41,085 nucleotides of DNA from Octopus bimaculoides (GCF_001194135.2 NC_068997.1:13999369-14040453), one strand, 5' to 3'; positions 1 to 12,005 are shown, numbered from the stretch's first letter. A program made the numbers and translations. The notes: generated from the letters alone by a model not told the origin.

Positions 1-32
<32 letters not shown>

Positions 33-33
33 A

Positions 34-78
<45 letters not shown>

Positions 79-234
79 CATATATACACACACAAATACA
101 GAGACATACATGTACATACTTATGCAGATGAAGATGATCTGTAGATGTACATGTCATATACATCACTGTGCAAGTATTTATGTTTGTATGTATATATGTA
201 TATATATGTATATATATGTATATATGTATATATA

Positions 235-278
<44 letters not shown>

Positions 279-960
279 TGTTTGTATATGTCTATATGTT
301 TATGTACTTATGTGTGTGTGTCAATATGTATGTAAATACGTAGGTATGAATGTTTCAGAATTAGACTGAAAACAATGCACCAAACACAACACAGACCCTT
401 CATGTGTGTCCATGCATATTTACATATATAAATATATTTTCTTCCTAAGATAAAGTACAAGAAGCAGAAAGACTAAGGGCAAGAAAGAAAGGAAGAGAGA
501 CAAGAGAGAGTGAAAGGAAGAGGCAACTTATACTAATGTGTGTGTATATGTATGTGTGTGTGTGTGTGTGTATGTGTGTATGTATGTGTGTGTGTGTGTA
601 CATATATACGAGCACATATTTTCTTGTGGTTCTTTAACTTAAACATACGTCTGTGTACAAGTTTGAGTGTACACTATACACCCCCCCCATACAAACACAA
701 ACGCACGCACACACATATATGTGAGCATATAAATTAACACATACACAAATCAGAAGTATAAATATACACAGAGAAAATACAGTTACATGCATAAAATCAC
801 ATACAACCTCACACAGAAATAGATGCTCAAAATGTCTAAATTACAAACAAACCAAATATACATATTAAAAAAAAAAACGCTACACAGATACACATATATA
901 TTAACACACACACATACATATATGTCCTTTTTTCTCTGTGTCTCTCTCTCCCCCAGTGTC
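1..960. repeat. Compound (TA)n/(CA)n/(TG)n microsatellite field with GA-rich and T-rich tracts
   Basis: Directly visible dinucleotide runs; the YI/HT/CV ORFs in the track are translations of these repeats. Confidence 0.95.
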
Positions 961-1628
961 TTTTTTTTTTAATATCTTCCTTTCTTTCTTTTTCCTTCCT
1001 TTTATTTTGTCAATTATTTTGTTTTTCATGTGAATATAAAGGTTTCCCCTGTGATGTCTGCGTGTTCAAATGTACACGCCATCAAGATTTATAGAACTGA
1101 TGGTGGCAGGAATTGTTTAGAAGAATCGATAGATAGCAGAAAGTATACCTCCAAGATTTTTGATATTTTGGCTTCAAATTCCTTTGATTCATTTCAAATG
1201 CATTCCTGCCAGAGAAATTGTGCATGAATGTACCCAGCTCGAATTTTTATTTGGTGTTGTTTTTATGTGTGTGTATGTATATGCGACTGTGTGTGTGTGT
1301 GTGTGTGTGTGTATTTGTGGGATATGAACACAATTCATCTGATGTGATTTTCAGGGACTTTAGAGAATTGGGATGTAGACAACAGTAACAGCAACAATAA
1401 GTGTGATGTGTATGTGTGTGTATATGTGTGTGTGTATATATACACACACACATATATACATACCTATATATACATGATATAGACATACATATATATACAT
1501 AATGTATGCATACATGCATATATCTCCATACACATACATATATATTTATACATATATACATATATATACATATATATATGTGTGTGTGTGTGATGTATCT
1601 ATGCATGTGTCTCCACATGTGCATATAT

Positions 1629-1662
<34 letters not shown>

Positions 1663-1838
1663 TTCAGGTGTGATTGTATAGGTCTTTGGTTGTAATATGT
1701 TAGTGAGTATTTGCCAATCAACTGCCTGGATTTTCTCTTTTATTCTTTTCCTCCATTTTTTGTCATTTGTGATTTGATTTGGCCCAAAATACAAGTGTGC
1801 AGAGCAGCACCAATTTTCCTACATATGTAAGCAGAACG

Positions 1839-2260
1839 AGTATAAATGCTGGGGAGGATAGATCAGAATTGACCTAAGCAAGTCTTCACTCGCATATTCA
1901 TATTCTAATAATCTAACAAAGCAGATCTTTTTGTGGATATTTGACATAATGGAAACAATAGCCAAATTTCCCTCAAATCAAAACCTACCTTATAAATTAA
2001 AGACAAGATGTATTAAGCAATAGAGTCTTATATATCTCTTAGGGAATGGCCTTAGCAAAATAAGTATAAATGAATGGGAGGATAGATCTTACTTAACCTA
2101 AGCAAATATTTGCTTGCATATTCATGTTCTAATGATTTAACAGGGCAGGTCTTTTGATATAATGGAAACAGCAGCTAAATATCCCTTAAATTGAAACCCT
2201 ACCTTGTAAATAAAAGACAAGATACATTGGGCAATGGAGTCATACATGTCTCTGAAGGGA
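1839..2260 (+). repeat. Diverged direct tandem duplication, period about 224 bp
   Basis: AGTATAAATG...GGGAGGATAGATC...ACCTAAGCAA...GCATATTCAT...ATAATGGAAACA...AAAGACAAGAT occurs starting at 1839 and again at 2063. Confidence 0.85.
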
Positions 2261-2467
2261 TGTCTATGGTTGAAATCCCTCTGAATATAAATCTAATTAA
2301 CTATTGTTTCCTGGAGTAATTAACCAACAGCAATGGAACTTACTGTGTAGTGTTGGTTCTTACCTCTTCTTCATGTTCTCCCAAATATTTTACACAGAAA
2401 TACGATAGTTCTCCAGATAAGTTACTGGAGCTGTGGATTACTAACAATGATAATAACTATTTGTGAA

Positions 2468-2810
2468 ACATATGGCTCTATGTTTAGAGCATCAGGCTCA
2501 CAATCATGAGATAGTGAATTTGATTCCTGCACTGGGCTGTATGTTGTGTTCTTGAGCAAGGTACTTTAGTTCATATTGCTCCAGTTCACTTAGCTGTAGA
2601 AATGAGTTGCAACGTCACAGATGCCAAACTATATCAGCCTTTGCCTTTCCCTTAGATAATATCGGTGGCATGGAGAGGGGTCACTAGCATGCATGGAATA
2701 GTATACTGGTCTCCCATAAACAATCTCACATGGGCTTGTGCCTCAGAGGGTAACTTTCTAGGTGCAATCCCATGGTCATTCATGACTGAAATGGATCTTG
2801 ACCCTTTATC
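2468..2810 (+). mobile_element. tRNA-headed SINE, decayed
   Basis: A-box-like TGGCTCTATGT and B-box-like GAATTTGATTCC, then TGTGTTCTTGAGCAAGGTACTT, a motif shared with the copies at 13816 and 20143. Confidence 0.7.
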
Positions 2811-3057
2811 TTTTTCAAAAACTATCATTACCTTTTGTCTTTCTAATATTTCTGTTCATTGTTGCATGTTGGGAGGGCCATGATGCCAATAATAAATGCA
2901 TGCACTCAATCCATTTCACTTCTTTACTTTAATTAGTCATCTCGTTAAGCATTTAACCATGAATTAATCAGTTGTTTCATTAACTGTTCTGTCAATCAAC
3001 GAATCAGTTTGGTTTTTTCACAAAGCTATTTCATTGCCATTCGCAATGACTAGTTCA

Positions 3058-3220
3058 TAACATCAACCACAGTGCTCAACTGGTACTTATTTTATCAACC
3101 CTGAAAGAGCGAAAGAGAAAAGGCGACCTCAGCAGAATTTGAACTCAGAATTTAATGATGGACGAAATACCGCTAAGCATTTTGCCCTGTATGCTTAACG
3201 ATGTCACCAGCTCACCACCT
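3058..3220 (-). mobile_element. SINE family A copy (GGCGGTGAGCTGGCAGAA...GAGTTCAAATT head)
   Basis: The reverse complement aligns by eye with the copies at 3794, 4077, 28878, 36383 and 38213. Confidence 0.8.
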
Positions 3221-3261
3221 CAATAATAATAATAGAAATAATATTAATAATAGTAATAGAA

Positions 3262-3300
<39 letters not shown>

Positions 3301-3303
<3 letters not shown>

Positions 3304-3766
3304 CCTCCTCATTGATATGACTGTCCCAATTGATATAAACGTATCTGTCAAGACCTACTAAAAACTGAGCAAGTATAAAGATCTTGGAAAAGAAATTAGC
3401 AAAATTTGAAACCTGAAGACTAAAATAATACCTGCTGTCATAGGTTTCCTAGGAATGATAGCAAAAGGGGCTGATTCCTACCTGGCTCAGATACCAGGAA
3501 ACCCCAAAATGGCAGAAATTCAAAAGATGGTGCTCATGGGAACTTCCCATATCCTACATAAAATACTGTCTATGTAATCTCAAATTTTAAAACAAACATA
3601 ACTTTCTTATGGTTTCTTAAACATTCTCTAGAACAACACTATGTACAAAACCAGATATATGGCACCCTAGGCATAGCACCAACAGGAACTTCTAACTTCT
3701 CTCTCGAGGTCTCTGGGTGATACTTGGAGCCAACTTGTACAAATACAAAGCAAAAGTCAAACATAA
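3301..3766 (+). mobile_element. 5'-truncated R4/Dong-type non-LTR retrotransposon 3' end (restriction-like endonuclease C-terminus plus 3' UTR), decayed
   Basis: 3302-3577 translates CLLIDMTVPIDINVSVKTY*KLSKYKDLGKEISKI*NLKTKIIPAVIGFLGMIAKGADSYLAQIPGNPKMAEIQKMVLMGTSHILHKILSM*. This matches the IDxxVP...K..KY..L..EI...W....P.VIG.LG motif of RLE-type endonucleases. Two in-frame stops; (AAT)n tracts on both sides. Confidence 0.85.
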
Positions 3767-3793
3767 AATAATAATAATAATAATAATAATAAT

Positions 3794-3990
3794 GGTTTCA
3801 AATTTTACCACAAGGGCAATGGTTTGGGGGGAGGGGATGAATTGATTGCATCAACCCCAATATTCAATGGTACATCACCCCAAAAGGATGAAAGGCAAAG
3901 TCGACTTTGGTAAAATTTGAACTCAGAACAGGTGAAATACCGCTAAGCATTTCGCCCAGTGTACTAACGATTCTGCCAGCTGACCGTCTT
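3794..3990 (-). mobile_element. SINE family A copy
   Basis: Same motifs as 3058-3220 (GAAATACCGCTAAGCATTT, AATTTGAACTCAGAA, GAAAGGCAAAGTCGAC). Confidence 0.8.
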
Positions 3991-4076
3991 AATAATAATA
4001 ATAATAATATTATTATTAATAATAATTATCATTATTATCATAATTATTATTTTTATTATTATTATTATCATTATAA

Positions 4077-4287
4077 TTTCAAATTTTTGCCACAAGGGCA
4101 GCTTGCAGAGGTGGGGATAAGTTGATTACATCAACCCCAGTGTTCAACTGGTATTTATTTTATCAACCCTGAAAAGATGAAAGTCAAAGTTAAGCTCGGT
4201 GGAATTTGAACTGAGAATGTAGCAATGGGTGAAATACTGCTAAATATTTTGTCCAGTGTGCTAACCATTTTGTCAGTTCACCACCTT
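4077..4287 (-). mobile_element. SINE family A copy
   Basis: Third copy in the same orientation; the copies are separated by (AAT)n/(ATT)n tracts. Confidence 0.8.
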
Positions 4288-4752
4288 AATAATAATAATA
4301 ATAATCTGCTTAATATCATCACTATTGTCATAATCTATAGCATGCCACTTGTTGATGTGGTTCTTATAGTTGTTTTTTCAGATAGTTTGTTTTTATATTT
4401 ATTTTTGTTTTTGGGGAAATAGTTTATATTTATTTTCTATTTTTTATTTTTAGTTATATTTTATGTTTTTTTTTTATTAAATTTAATTGAATTTACCATG
4501 GTCTCTAGCAATATTAATTTCAATTACAGTGTATAGAAGAAAGATTTCAAAAGAAGTTCATATGTGGGTATATATACACATGCATTCACATATATGCATA
4601 TGTAATATGTGTGTGTGTGTGCATGTGTGTGAACCTATATGCAAAATAGATACTATTACACTGTTTATGCACATGATACAATACCTAATACATAATTAAC
4701 ACACACATATGCACACAGTAAATATATATGTATATATACACAGATATATAGA

Positions 4753-4790
<38 letters not shown>

Positions 4791-5466
4791 CATATAGATA
4801 TATATGCATATATATATATAAACATGTATACATACATATATATATAACTATATCTATATCTATATATATATAACTATATCTATCTATATATATACATATA
4901 ACTATATCTATATATACATACACACACACACATAAAAAACATTTATGTATGTAGCTGTCAAATCTGTAGAGAATACTATACGAAAAAAATAATAAATTTA
5001 AAACAGGGAAAAAGATGAATTACAAACATGAAAATTCTTAGTTTTAAAACATGAAATGTCTATCTGACATAAAAATGCTTTCATTTGAAAAATACAAACA
5101 TATGCACCCACACATGCATGTGTACACACACACACACACATACACACACACACACACAAAAAATGAGTTAGTAATTTTAAACATTCACATTACCACATGC
5201 TTAAATTATAGTTCGGATATTTTTGTGTATTTATCCACACCAACATAGATGTCTCTATGTACATATGTATATAGATTATCCATTAATTATGCATGATTAT
5301 TTATGTGTACGAATGTTCAATATATGTATGTGAGTATGTTTATCAGAGTGTGCTATGTACATAAATATTAATTTATGTATATAAACATCTTTGCATATTT
5401 ATATATGTTTGTACATGTCTCCAAGTATTTTCACAGTGGAATAGTTTGCTACATTTATAAATCATC

Positions 5467-5503
<37 letters not shown>

Positions 5504-5708
5504 TCATATGCATATATACAAACATACATACATGTTTGTATAGATTTGCAGAGTAAATTAAATTTTTTGGTTGTCTTTTGATAACATTTATGAATATGAG
5601 AATATTTATAATATATACATATATATTTATATATAATTCATAAATATAATATATATAACATATATATATATAATATATACACATTATATATATAATATAT
5701 ATATACAT

Positions 5709-5739
<31 letters not shown>

Positions 5740-5742
5740 ATG

Positions 5743-5774
<32 letters not shown>

Positions 5775-5847
5775 CAAAGAATATATATACATGTATACAC
5801 ACATATATGTACATACTTACATCTACATGTGTATATACATGCATATC

Positions 5848-5958
5848 AGGGTACAGGACGTTAGAACAATAAACTACAGACAACGGAACGAACACATAGG
5901 AAAACGGAAAGCCCCTTGGAATATCCCTTCATCAGCTGTCTCTATTCTATCTAGACGT
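5848..5958 (-). mobile_element. Short insertion between (TA)-rich tracts carrying a CTGATGA hammerhead half-core; possible Penelope-like terminal fragment
   Basis: The minus strand reads ACGTC-TAGATAGAATAGAGACAG-CTGATGA-AGGGATATTCC; a complete fold could not be built. Confidence 0.35.
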
Positions 5959-6030
5959 ATATATATATATATATGTATATATGTATATACGTATGTGTAT
6001 ATGTATATATGCCATGCCATGTGAACTTGT

Positions 6031-6245
6031 CCCTTTAGCATTTCAACTAATCATATCTGCCCCAAATACTCAGTCTATTTTATGTTCAAACCAGCCAGGT
6101 CTTGCTTCTCACGCCTGTTCAACAATGTCATTTTAAAACAATCACATCATTGAAATCTCAAAGCTCTGAGATGATGCATGACTAATTCAAAACAATGTGA
6201 ATACATAAGCACTGCATTTGACAGAGTAACCTGAATGCGAAAGAG
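6031..6245. mobile_element. piggyBac-like MITE, decayed
   Basis: Ends CCCTTTAGCATT ... AATGCGAAAGAG followed by TTAA (6246-6249). A related end is present in reverse at 33960-34081. Confidence 0.6.
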
Positions 6246-6822
6246 TTAAATCCTTGACAAATCTGTAGAGGCACTGTAAAGTCATATGATATGTCTTAAA
6301 TATTTTAGACCAGACAATATTCATCCCTTACCAGGTTTAACCACAAGATAATTGTTTTGTCAAATGGAGAATAAAAGCCAGACAAAATAAAGGAGTTAGA
6401 AGAGAGACGAACTGATCTAATACAGGATGTTCACCATATTTATTGATCCCCAAAAGGATAAAAGGAAAGTTTGCAATGGGATTTGGACTCTGAGCCAAGA
6501 GAGTTGGAGTGACTTTAGTAATGTACCTGGTGAGCTTAGGGCATTGTCAACCTAAATCTTCTGACCAAACAATCAAACTTCATTGCTCAGATGTAATGTC
6601 AAGTAATTAATGCAGCTGAAACAGTGTTCCATCAGAAAGCAAACCAAGAACTTAGTAAAAACCAACATCATTATTATGTTATGCTGGGCTGGTTCTTTGA
6701 CAGAGTAGACCAAAGTCACTACTATTTCAAAGACTGTGCTAATTCTTGTAACCAAGAGCGTTCCGCCCTCTGAATATGTCTGCTAGGTTTTGTTACTGTG
6801 TTTGTTCTCTTCCACTTGACAG

Positions 6823-7040
6823 TTGGTGATGATTCGTTTATGTCAGGGAGGAACCCTCAAACCAAACACCTAGCCCAAATACTTACCACAAATTGGAATC
6901 ACCTAAAGGCATCCGAAGTGTCAGGAGGTGATGATAATCAACTGTGCAAATTAAGCGTTGCTATGACTGAGTCTGTCAATCATGTTGGCCATTGCAGAAT
7001 TCAAACTTGGAATGCAAATTATCAGAACAAATGCTGCAAG
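6823..7040 (+). CDS. Internal coding exon of an unidentified gene (phase 1 to 0): xGDDSFMSGRNPQTKHLAQILTTNWNHLKASEVSGGDDNQLCKLSVAMTESVNHVGHCRIQTWNANYQNKCCK
   Basis: Acceptor ttgttctcttccacttgacag, donor AAG/gtatgt; 218 nt with only one open frame. Confidence 0.75.
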
Positions 7041-7100
7041 GTATGTGAGCTGACATTCTCACATTTGCATAAATCTAGTACTTAGGCCTCATATTTTTAT

Positions 7101-7411
7101 ACAGTTCTATATTTAAGAGATGAGGACTTATTTACATTATTTACATTTGATGGATATTTGTCCTCATCTTGTTTGTTGTTAACACAACATTTTGGCTGAT
7201 ATACCCTCCAGCCCTCGTCAGGTGTCTTGGGGGAATTTCGTACCTGGATTCCCCTTCCTAAGGTACTTTTCGATGTTGTTGTTATTGTTGTTATTATTAT
7301 TATTATTATTACTATTATTATTATTATTATTATTATTCAGGTCACTGCCTGGAATCGAACTCAGAATCTTGGGGTTAGTATCCTGTGCTCTTAACCACTA
7401 CACCACATGCC
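7101..7411 (-). mobile_element. tRNA-headed SINE-like element with an internal (AAT/AAC)n tract and a hammerhead-containing tail
   Basis: Minus strand: GGCATGTGGTGTAGTGGTTAAGAG (A box) ... GAGTTCGATTCC (B box) ... (AAT)n ... GACAC-CTGACGA-G-GGCTG...CAGCC-AAAA-TGTT-GTGTT. Confidence 0.75.
7181..7226 (-). ncRNA. Type I minimal hammerhead ribozyme fold, degenerate (G12 to A)
   Basis: Helix I GACAC/GTGTT, core CTGACGA, one extra G, stem II GGCTG/CAGCC, AAAA in place of GAAA, TGTT in place of CGTH. Confidence 0.65.
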
Positions 7412-7449
7412 AAATGCAACAAAGCATTCTATCCCATGCAGAGGCACGG

Positions 7450-7597
7450 GCATATGGCATAGTGGTTAACAGCGTGGGCTACTAGCCCCAAGATTCCAAG
7501 TTCAATTCCAAGCAGTGACCTGAATAATGATAACAACAACAACAACAACAACAACATCGAAAAATACCTTAGCAATGAGAACCCAGGTTCGAAATTT
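7450..7597 (+). mobile_element. Second, 3'-truncated copy of the same tRNA-headed element, head-to-head with 7101-7411
   Basis: A box TGGCATAGTGG 7455-7465, B box AGTTCAATTCC 7499-7509, then CAGTGACCTGAATAAT, (AAC)n and ATCGAAAAATACCTTAG. It stops before the hammerhead. Confidence 0.8.
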
Positions 7598-7827
7598 TAA
7601 ATTTATTATAACAATCTGTATATCTTAACGTTGATATACTATAAAAAAGTTATAACACTGTAATATTCATTTATTGAAGGCATTTCATATTGATGCATAG
7701 TGCTAAAAAGTGCAAAAGGATCAGTAATAGATGAAAAGCGGTGATAGAATAGCTAGATCCTAGGATTTCTTGGTATCTACATGTCAAAAGTAGGGAATAT
7801 CTACTATACTATCCACTGCATTCTTAG

Positions 7828-7899
7828 ATGAATTTCATGCCTGAGATGCCTTCTCAATATGAATACTACAGTATTATGGATTTCTTACAATATATCCAG
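7828..7899 (+). CDS. Candidate coding exon (phase 0 to 0): MNFMPEMPSQYEYYSIMDFLQYIQ
   Basis: Acceptor actgcattcttag, donor CAG/gttaag; 72 nt; continues the frame of 6823-7040. Confidence 0.55.
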
Positions 7900-7986
7900 G
7901 TTAAGTTAGATAAAGAGATTATTGTTCAGAACTAATACAAACTCAGAGATATACAAACATGAGATATTTGGCAACAGTACTTTGTA

Positions 7987-8290
7987 GTAAAGATTGTCTG
8001 CCAACATAACATGGCAGTCCTGGTTTAGGACAAATGTTGCTGTAATTTAGCCCCAGGAGACATTGTCTCCAGCTGGTTATACAACACCATCTGTGTCCTT
8101 ATATAACCCAGAAATCGTGATACACAGATATTGTTTTGAGCTGAGTGGGGTGCTAGATTTCCTTGTTCAAAAATATAAGGACACAGATCGTGTCGTATAG
8201 CCAGCTGGACACGGCGTCACCTGGGGCTAAATTACAGCAATAGTCGTCCTAAACCAGGACTGCCATGTTATGTTGGCAAACAATCTTTAG
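7987..8290. mobile_element. Foldback MITE with about 117-bp imperfect terminal inverted repeats and TA flanks (Tc1/mariner-like)
   Basis: 7988-8104 (TAAAGATTGTCTGCCAACATAACATGGCAGTCCTGGTTTAGGAC...GTGTCCTTATAT) is the reverse complement of 8173-8289; the spacer is 68 bp. Confidence 0.85.
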
Positions 8291-8504
8291 TAATACAGAC
8301 TCCATCGTTAATAACGAATACTAAAAACCCACAATTTTATTTAAGTAATAATTAATGTAATAAATAACTATGACAATCACTTGCAATCAGATGTGACCTT
8401 GTATCACCATGCACCATATCTTTTGCTTATAATTAATGCATGTAATTATTATTTCATCGTTAATGTATTTGTGATTTTTGTTTCAAGTTACAATATCATG
8501 TGTC

Positions 8505-8670
8505 TTTGTTTCACTCACTGGACTATGGCTACGCTGGAGCACTGTTGGGGTACTGATTTGAAGGACTTTAATTGGATAAATTAACCCCAGTAGTTATTCT
8601 GCTGATCTCTTTTGCTGAACATATATGTTATGGAGATATAAACAAACCAACACCAGTTGTCAAGTAGGAG
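8505..8670 (-). mobile_element. SINE 3' portion, decayed
   Basis: GCTGGAGCAC and CTCTTTTGCTGAAC...CACCAGTTGTCAAG motifs are shared with the SINE tails at 19455, 25588 and 38548. Confidence 0.6.
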
Positions 8671-9489
8671 TAGACAAACAGAGTCACAAAGACTAGTATA
8701 CACACATATATACAGAAGGCAGAAACCTCATGATTAAAGGAATTACTTTTGTTTGGATCTATACCATGAAAGCTCTATAGACCTATGCCATGAGAGAACC
8801 AGCCCAGCCCACCTCAGCTCAGCCTAGCCCAGTTCAGCCCTAGAAAATGATGATGCCTGCTTTTAATAAGCTCATTCCTGATTCGTTTTCTGGGTGGAGT
8901 ATTGTTTCAGGTATTAATTGCTATACATTGCTTGTGAAGTTTGATCATTTGATCTGAAGATTTTATGTAAGCAACACCACAAACTCACCCAACACTATTC
9001 TAAAATTCCTTGTATCACAACATACTCAGGACCACCAGTATATTTACCAAAAGCCAAAAGATCAACTTACTTATATCTTTGAGGTCATCCTATATGCAGA
9101 ATACTGTTGAATATGTATTGATAAGTTTAAAGAATGAAATATATAAAACAATATGAGAGAAATATATAAACAAGAAAGGAAATACATCATTAAAACACAA
9201 GTCACCATTCATGTGCCATTCTTTCCCATGAGCATATATTTGAGTCCTTGCCATTTTAAATGGTGTGTAGTTAATACAAGATATACATATATGGGGATAA
9301 GTTAACTTTGAGAAAGAGACACTCACTGAAATACCAAACATTGGGGATCAAACTCAGGAATTTACATTTGCAGATTTGCAAAGTGATATTTTTAATCATT
9401 TAGCCAGGACTGTTCCCATTAAACATATAATTTCAAGCACACAGACACACTCACACACAAACACACACACGTGTATGGGAGTGTGTGTC

Positions 9490-9536
<47 letters not shown>

Positions 9537-10205
9537 NNNNNNNNNNNNNNNNNNNNNNNNNNNNNNNNNNNNNNNNNNNNNNNNNNNNNNNNNNNNNNNN
9601 NNNNNNNNNNNNNNNNNNNNNNNNNNNNNNNNNNNNNNNNNNNNNNNNNNNNNNNNNNNNNNNNNNNNNNNNNNNNNNNNNNNNNNNNNNNNNNNNNNNN
9701 NNNNNNNNNNNNNNNNNNNNNNNNNNNNNNNNNNNNNNNNNNNNNNNNNNNNNNNNNNNNNNNNNNNNNNNNNNNNNNNNNNNNNNNNNNNNNNNNNNNN
9801 NNNNNNNNNNNNNNNNNNNNNNNNNNNNNNNNNNNNNNNNNNNNNNNNNNNNNNNNNNNNNNNNNNNNNNNNNNNNNNNNNNNNNNNNNNNNNNNNNNNN
9901 NNNNNNNNNNNNNNNNNNNNNNNNNNNNNNNNNNNNNNNNNNNNNNNNNNNNNNNNNNNNNNNNNNNNNNNNNNNNNNNNNNNNNNNNNNNNNNNNNNNN
10001 NNNNNNNNNNNNNNNNNNNNNNNNNNNNNNNNNNNNNNNNNNNNNNNNNNNNNNNNNNNNNNNNNNNNNNNNNNNNNNNNNNNNNNNNNNNNNNNNNNNN
10101 NNNNNNNNNNNNNNNNNNNNNNNNNNNNNNNNNNNNNNNNNNNNNNNNNNNNNNNNNNNNNNNNNNNNNNNNNNNNNNNNNNNNNNNNNNNNNNNNNNNN
10201 NNNNN

Positions 10206-10268
<63 letters not shown>

Positions 10269-10555
10269 ATATGACAGTGTGTCTGTGTGCATGCTTGTAT
10301 GAGTATGTATATGCTGGTGCATTTTAATGTATAAATCAGTGACAAGATTTTAAGTCTATATTCAGTGTAAAGATTTTCTCAACAATTTGCACAACACTGC
10401 CATTACAGAGACACACAGAAACACACACACACATACACTCACACACACACATACACACAGATGTATGTAGTATGTCGAAGTAAATAAATATGCTGAAAAA
10501 CTATCTGTGTTTCTCTTTTTTTTTTTTTTTCCAACTGATTCCTTTATGTCTACAG

Positions 10556-10628
10556 GTTTTTATAAGTTACTTCCCTTACTATCTAGCGTTCCACTGGAAA
10601 ATTCTGGTTGCTGGCTGTTTTTTTCATA
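10556..10628 (+). CDS. Candidate coding exon (phase 0): VFISYFPYYLAFHWKILVAGCFFH; donor uncertain
   Basis: Very strong polypyrimidine tract plus tacag acceptor. The donor CATA/gtgagg (phase 1) needs a further exon, perhaps in the 10710-11297 gap. A weak phase-0 donor exists at 10606. Confidence 0.45.
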
Positions 10629-11710
10629 GTGAGGGAAACTGAAGTGAAGAGTATGAATAACAAATAATAAACTGCTTCCATCACAGTCACATAATTTGTA
10701 TGAATATATNNNNNNNNNNNNNNNNNNNNNNNNNNNNNNNNNNNNNNNNNNNNNNNNNNNNNNNNNNNNNNNNNNNNNNNNNNNNNNNNNNNNNNNNNNN
10801 NNNNNNNNNNNNNNNNNNNNNNNNNNNNNNNNNNNNNNNNNNNNNNNNNNNNNNNNNNNNNNNNNNNNNNNNNNNNNNNNNNNNNNNNNNNNNNNNNNNN
10901 NNNNNNNNNNNNNNNNNNNNNNNNNNNNNNNNNNNNNNNNNNNNNNNNNNNNNNNNNNNNNNNNNNNNNNNNNNNNNNNNNNNNNNNNNNNNNNNNNNNN
11001 NNNNNNNNNNNNNNNNNNNNNNNNNNNNNNNNNNNNNNNNNNNNNNNNNNNNNNNNNNNNNNNNNNNNNNNNNNNNNNNNNNNNNNNNNNNNNNNNNNNN
11101 NNNNNNNNNNNNNNNNNNNNNNNNNNNNNNNNNNNNNNNNNNNNNNNNNNNNNNNNNNNNNNNNNNNNNNNNNNNNNNNNNNNNNNNNNNNNNNNNNNNN
11201 NNNNNNNNNNNNNNNNNNNNNNNNNNNNNNNNNNNNNNNNNNNNNNNNNNNNNNNNNNNNNNNNNNNNNNNNNNNNNNNNNNNNNNNNNNNNNNNNNTAT
11301 ATATATATATATATATATCCATACATATTTCAATATTTTTGAATATAGGTATAAATTGTTGTATATGTTAATGCATATATTTATATCAATTGCTATATAG
11401 TTTTATGAATATATTTCTATGCATGTAAATATTTATATTCAAATGATATATATTTCATTATGTATATGTGTACGAACATGGGAACATGCAAACAAATATT
11501 TAAAGATATTTTGATACAGGTTTATGCATGTATGTGTTTGTGTGTGCATGTGTGTGTGTGTGTGTGTGTGCGCATATGTGTGTGTATGTATATGCCAATA
11601 TATATATATTCCTATATGCATAAATATATATTCATATATTCATAAATAAATATACATAATTGTATATTTATACATACATACACACACATATACAGCCAAA
11701 CAGACATACG

Positions 11711-11746
<36 letters not shown>

Positions 11747-11910
11747 TGCACAAATAAATGCATGCATACATACATATGCATATAAATACATACACACATA
11801 CAATATATACAATTTTAATGTCTGTTTTTATGTTCAGTTATAGTAAAAACAATTTTATATTAATCTGAAGGGTAAGTCCACAGAAGAATACTGTGTGCGT
11901 ATGTGTGTGT

Positions 11911-12005
<95 letters not shown>

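Noticed and set aside
1051-1384. Unique-sequence islands with possible acceptors (1052, 1355) as upstream exons
   Set aside because: Donors are weak, several frames and strands are equally plausible, and the CxxC-like frame stops early.
5545-5605. Minus-strand INVIKRQPKNL resembling the PLE linker motif
   Set aside because: Only about 10 residues inside a TA-rich field; insufficient evidence.
7450-7520. tRNA-like heads here and at other SINE starts as real tRNA genes
   Set aside because: They lack a paired acceptor stem and run directly into SINE bodies.
8800-8845. Degenerate (AGCCC)n pentamer run
   Set aside because: An ordinary short simple repeat with no further structure.
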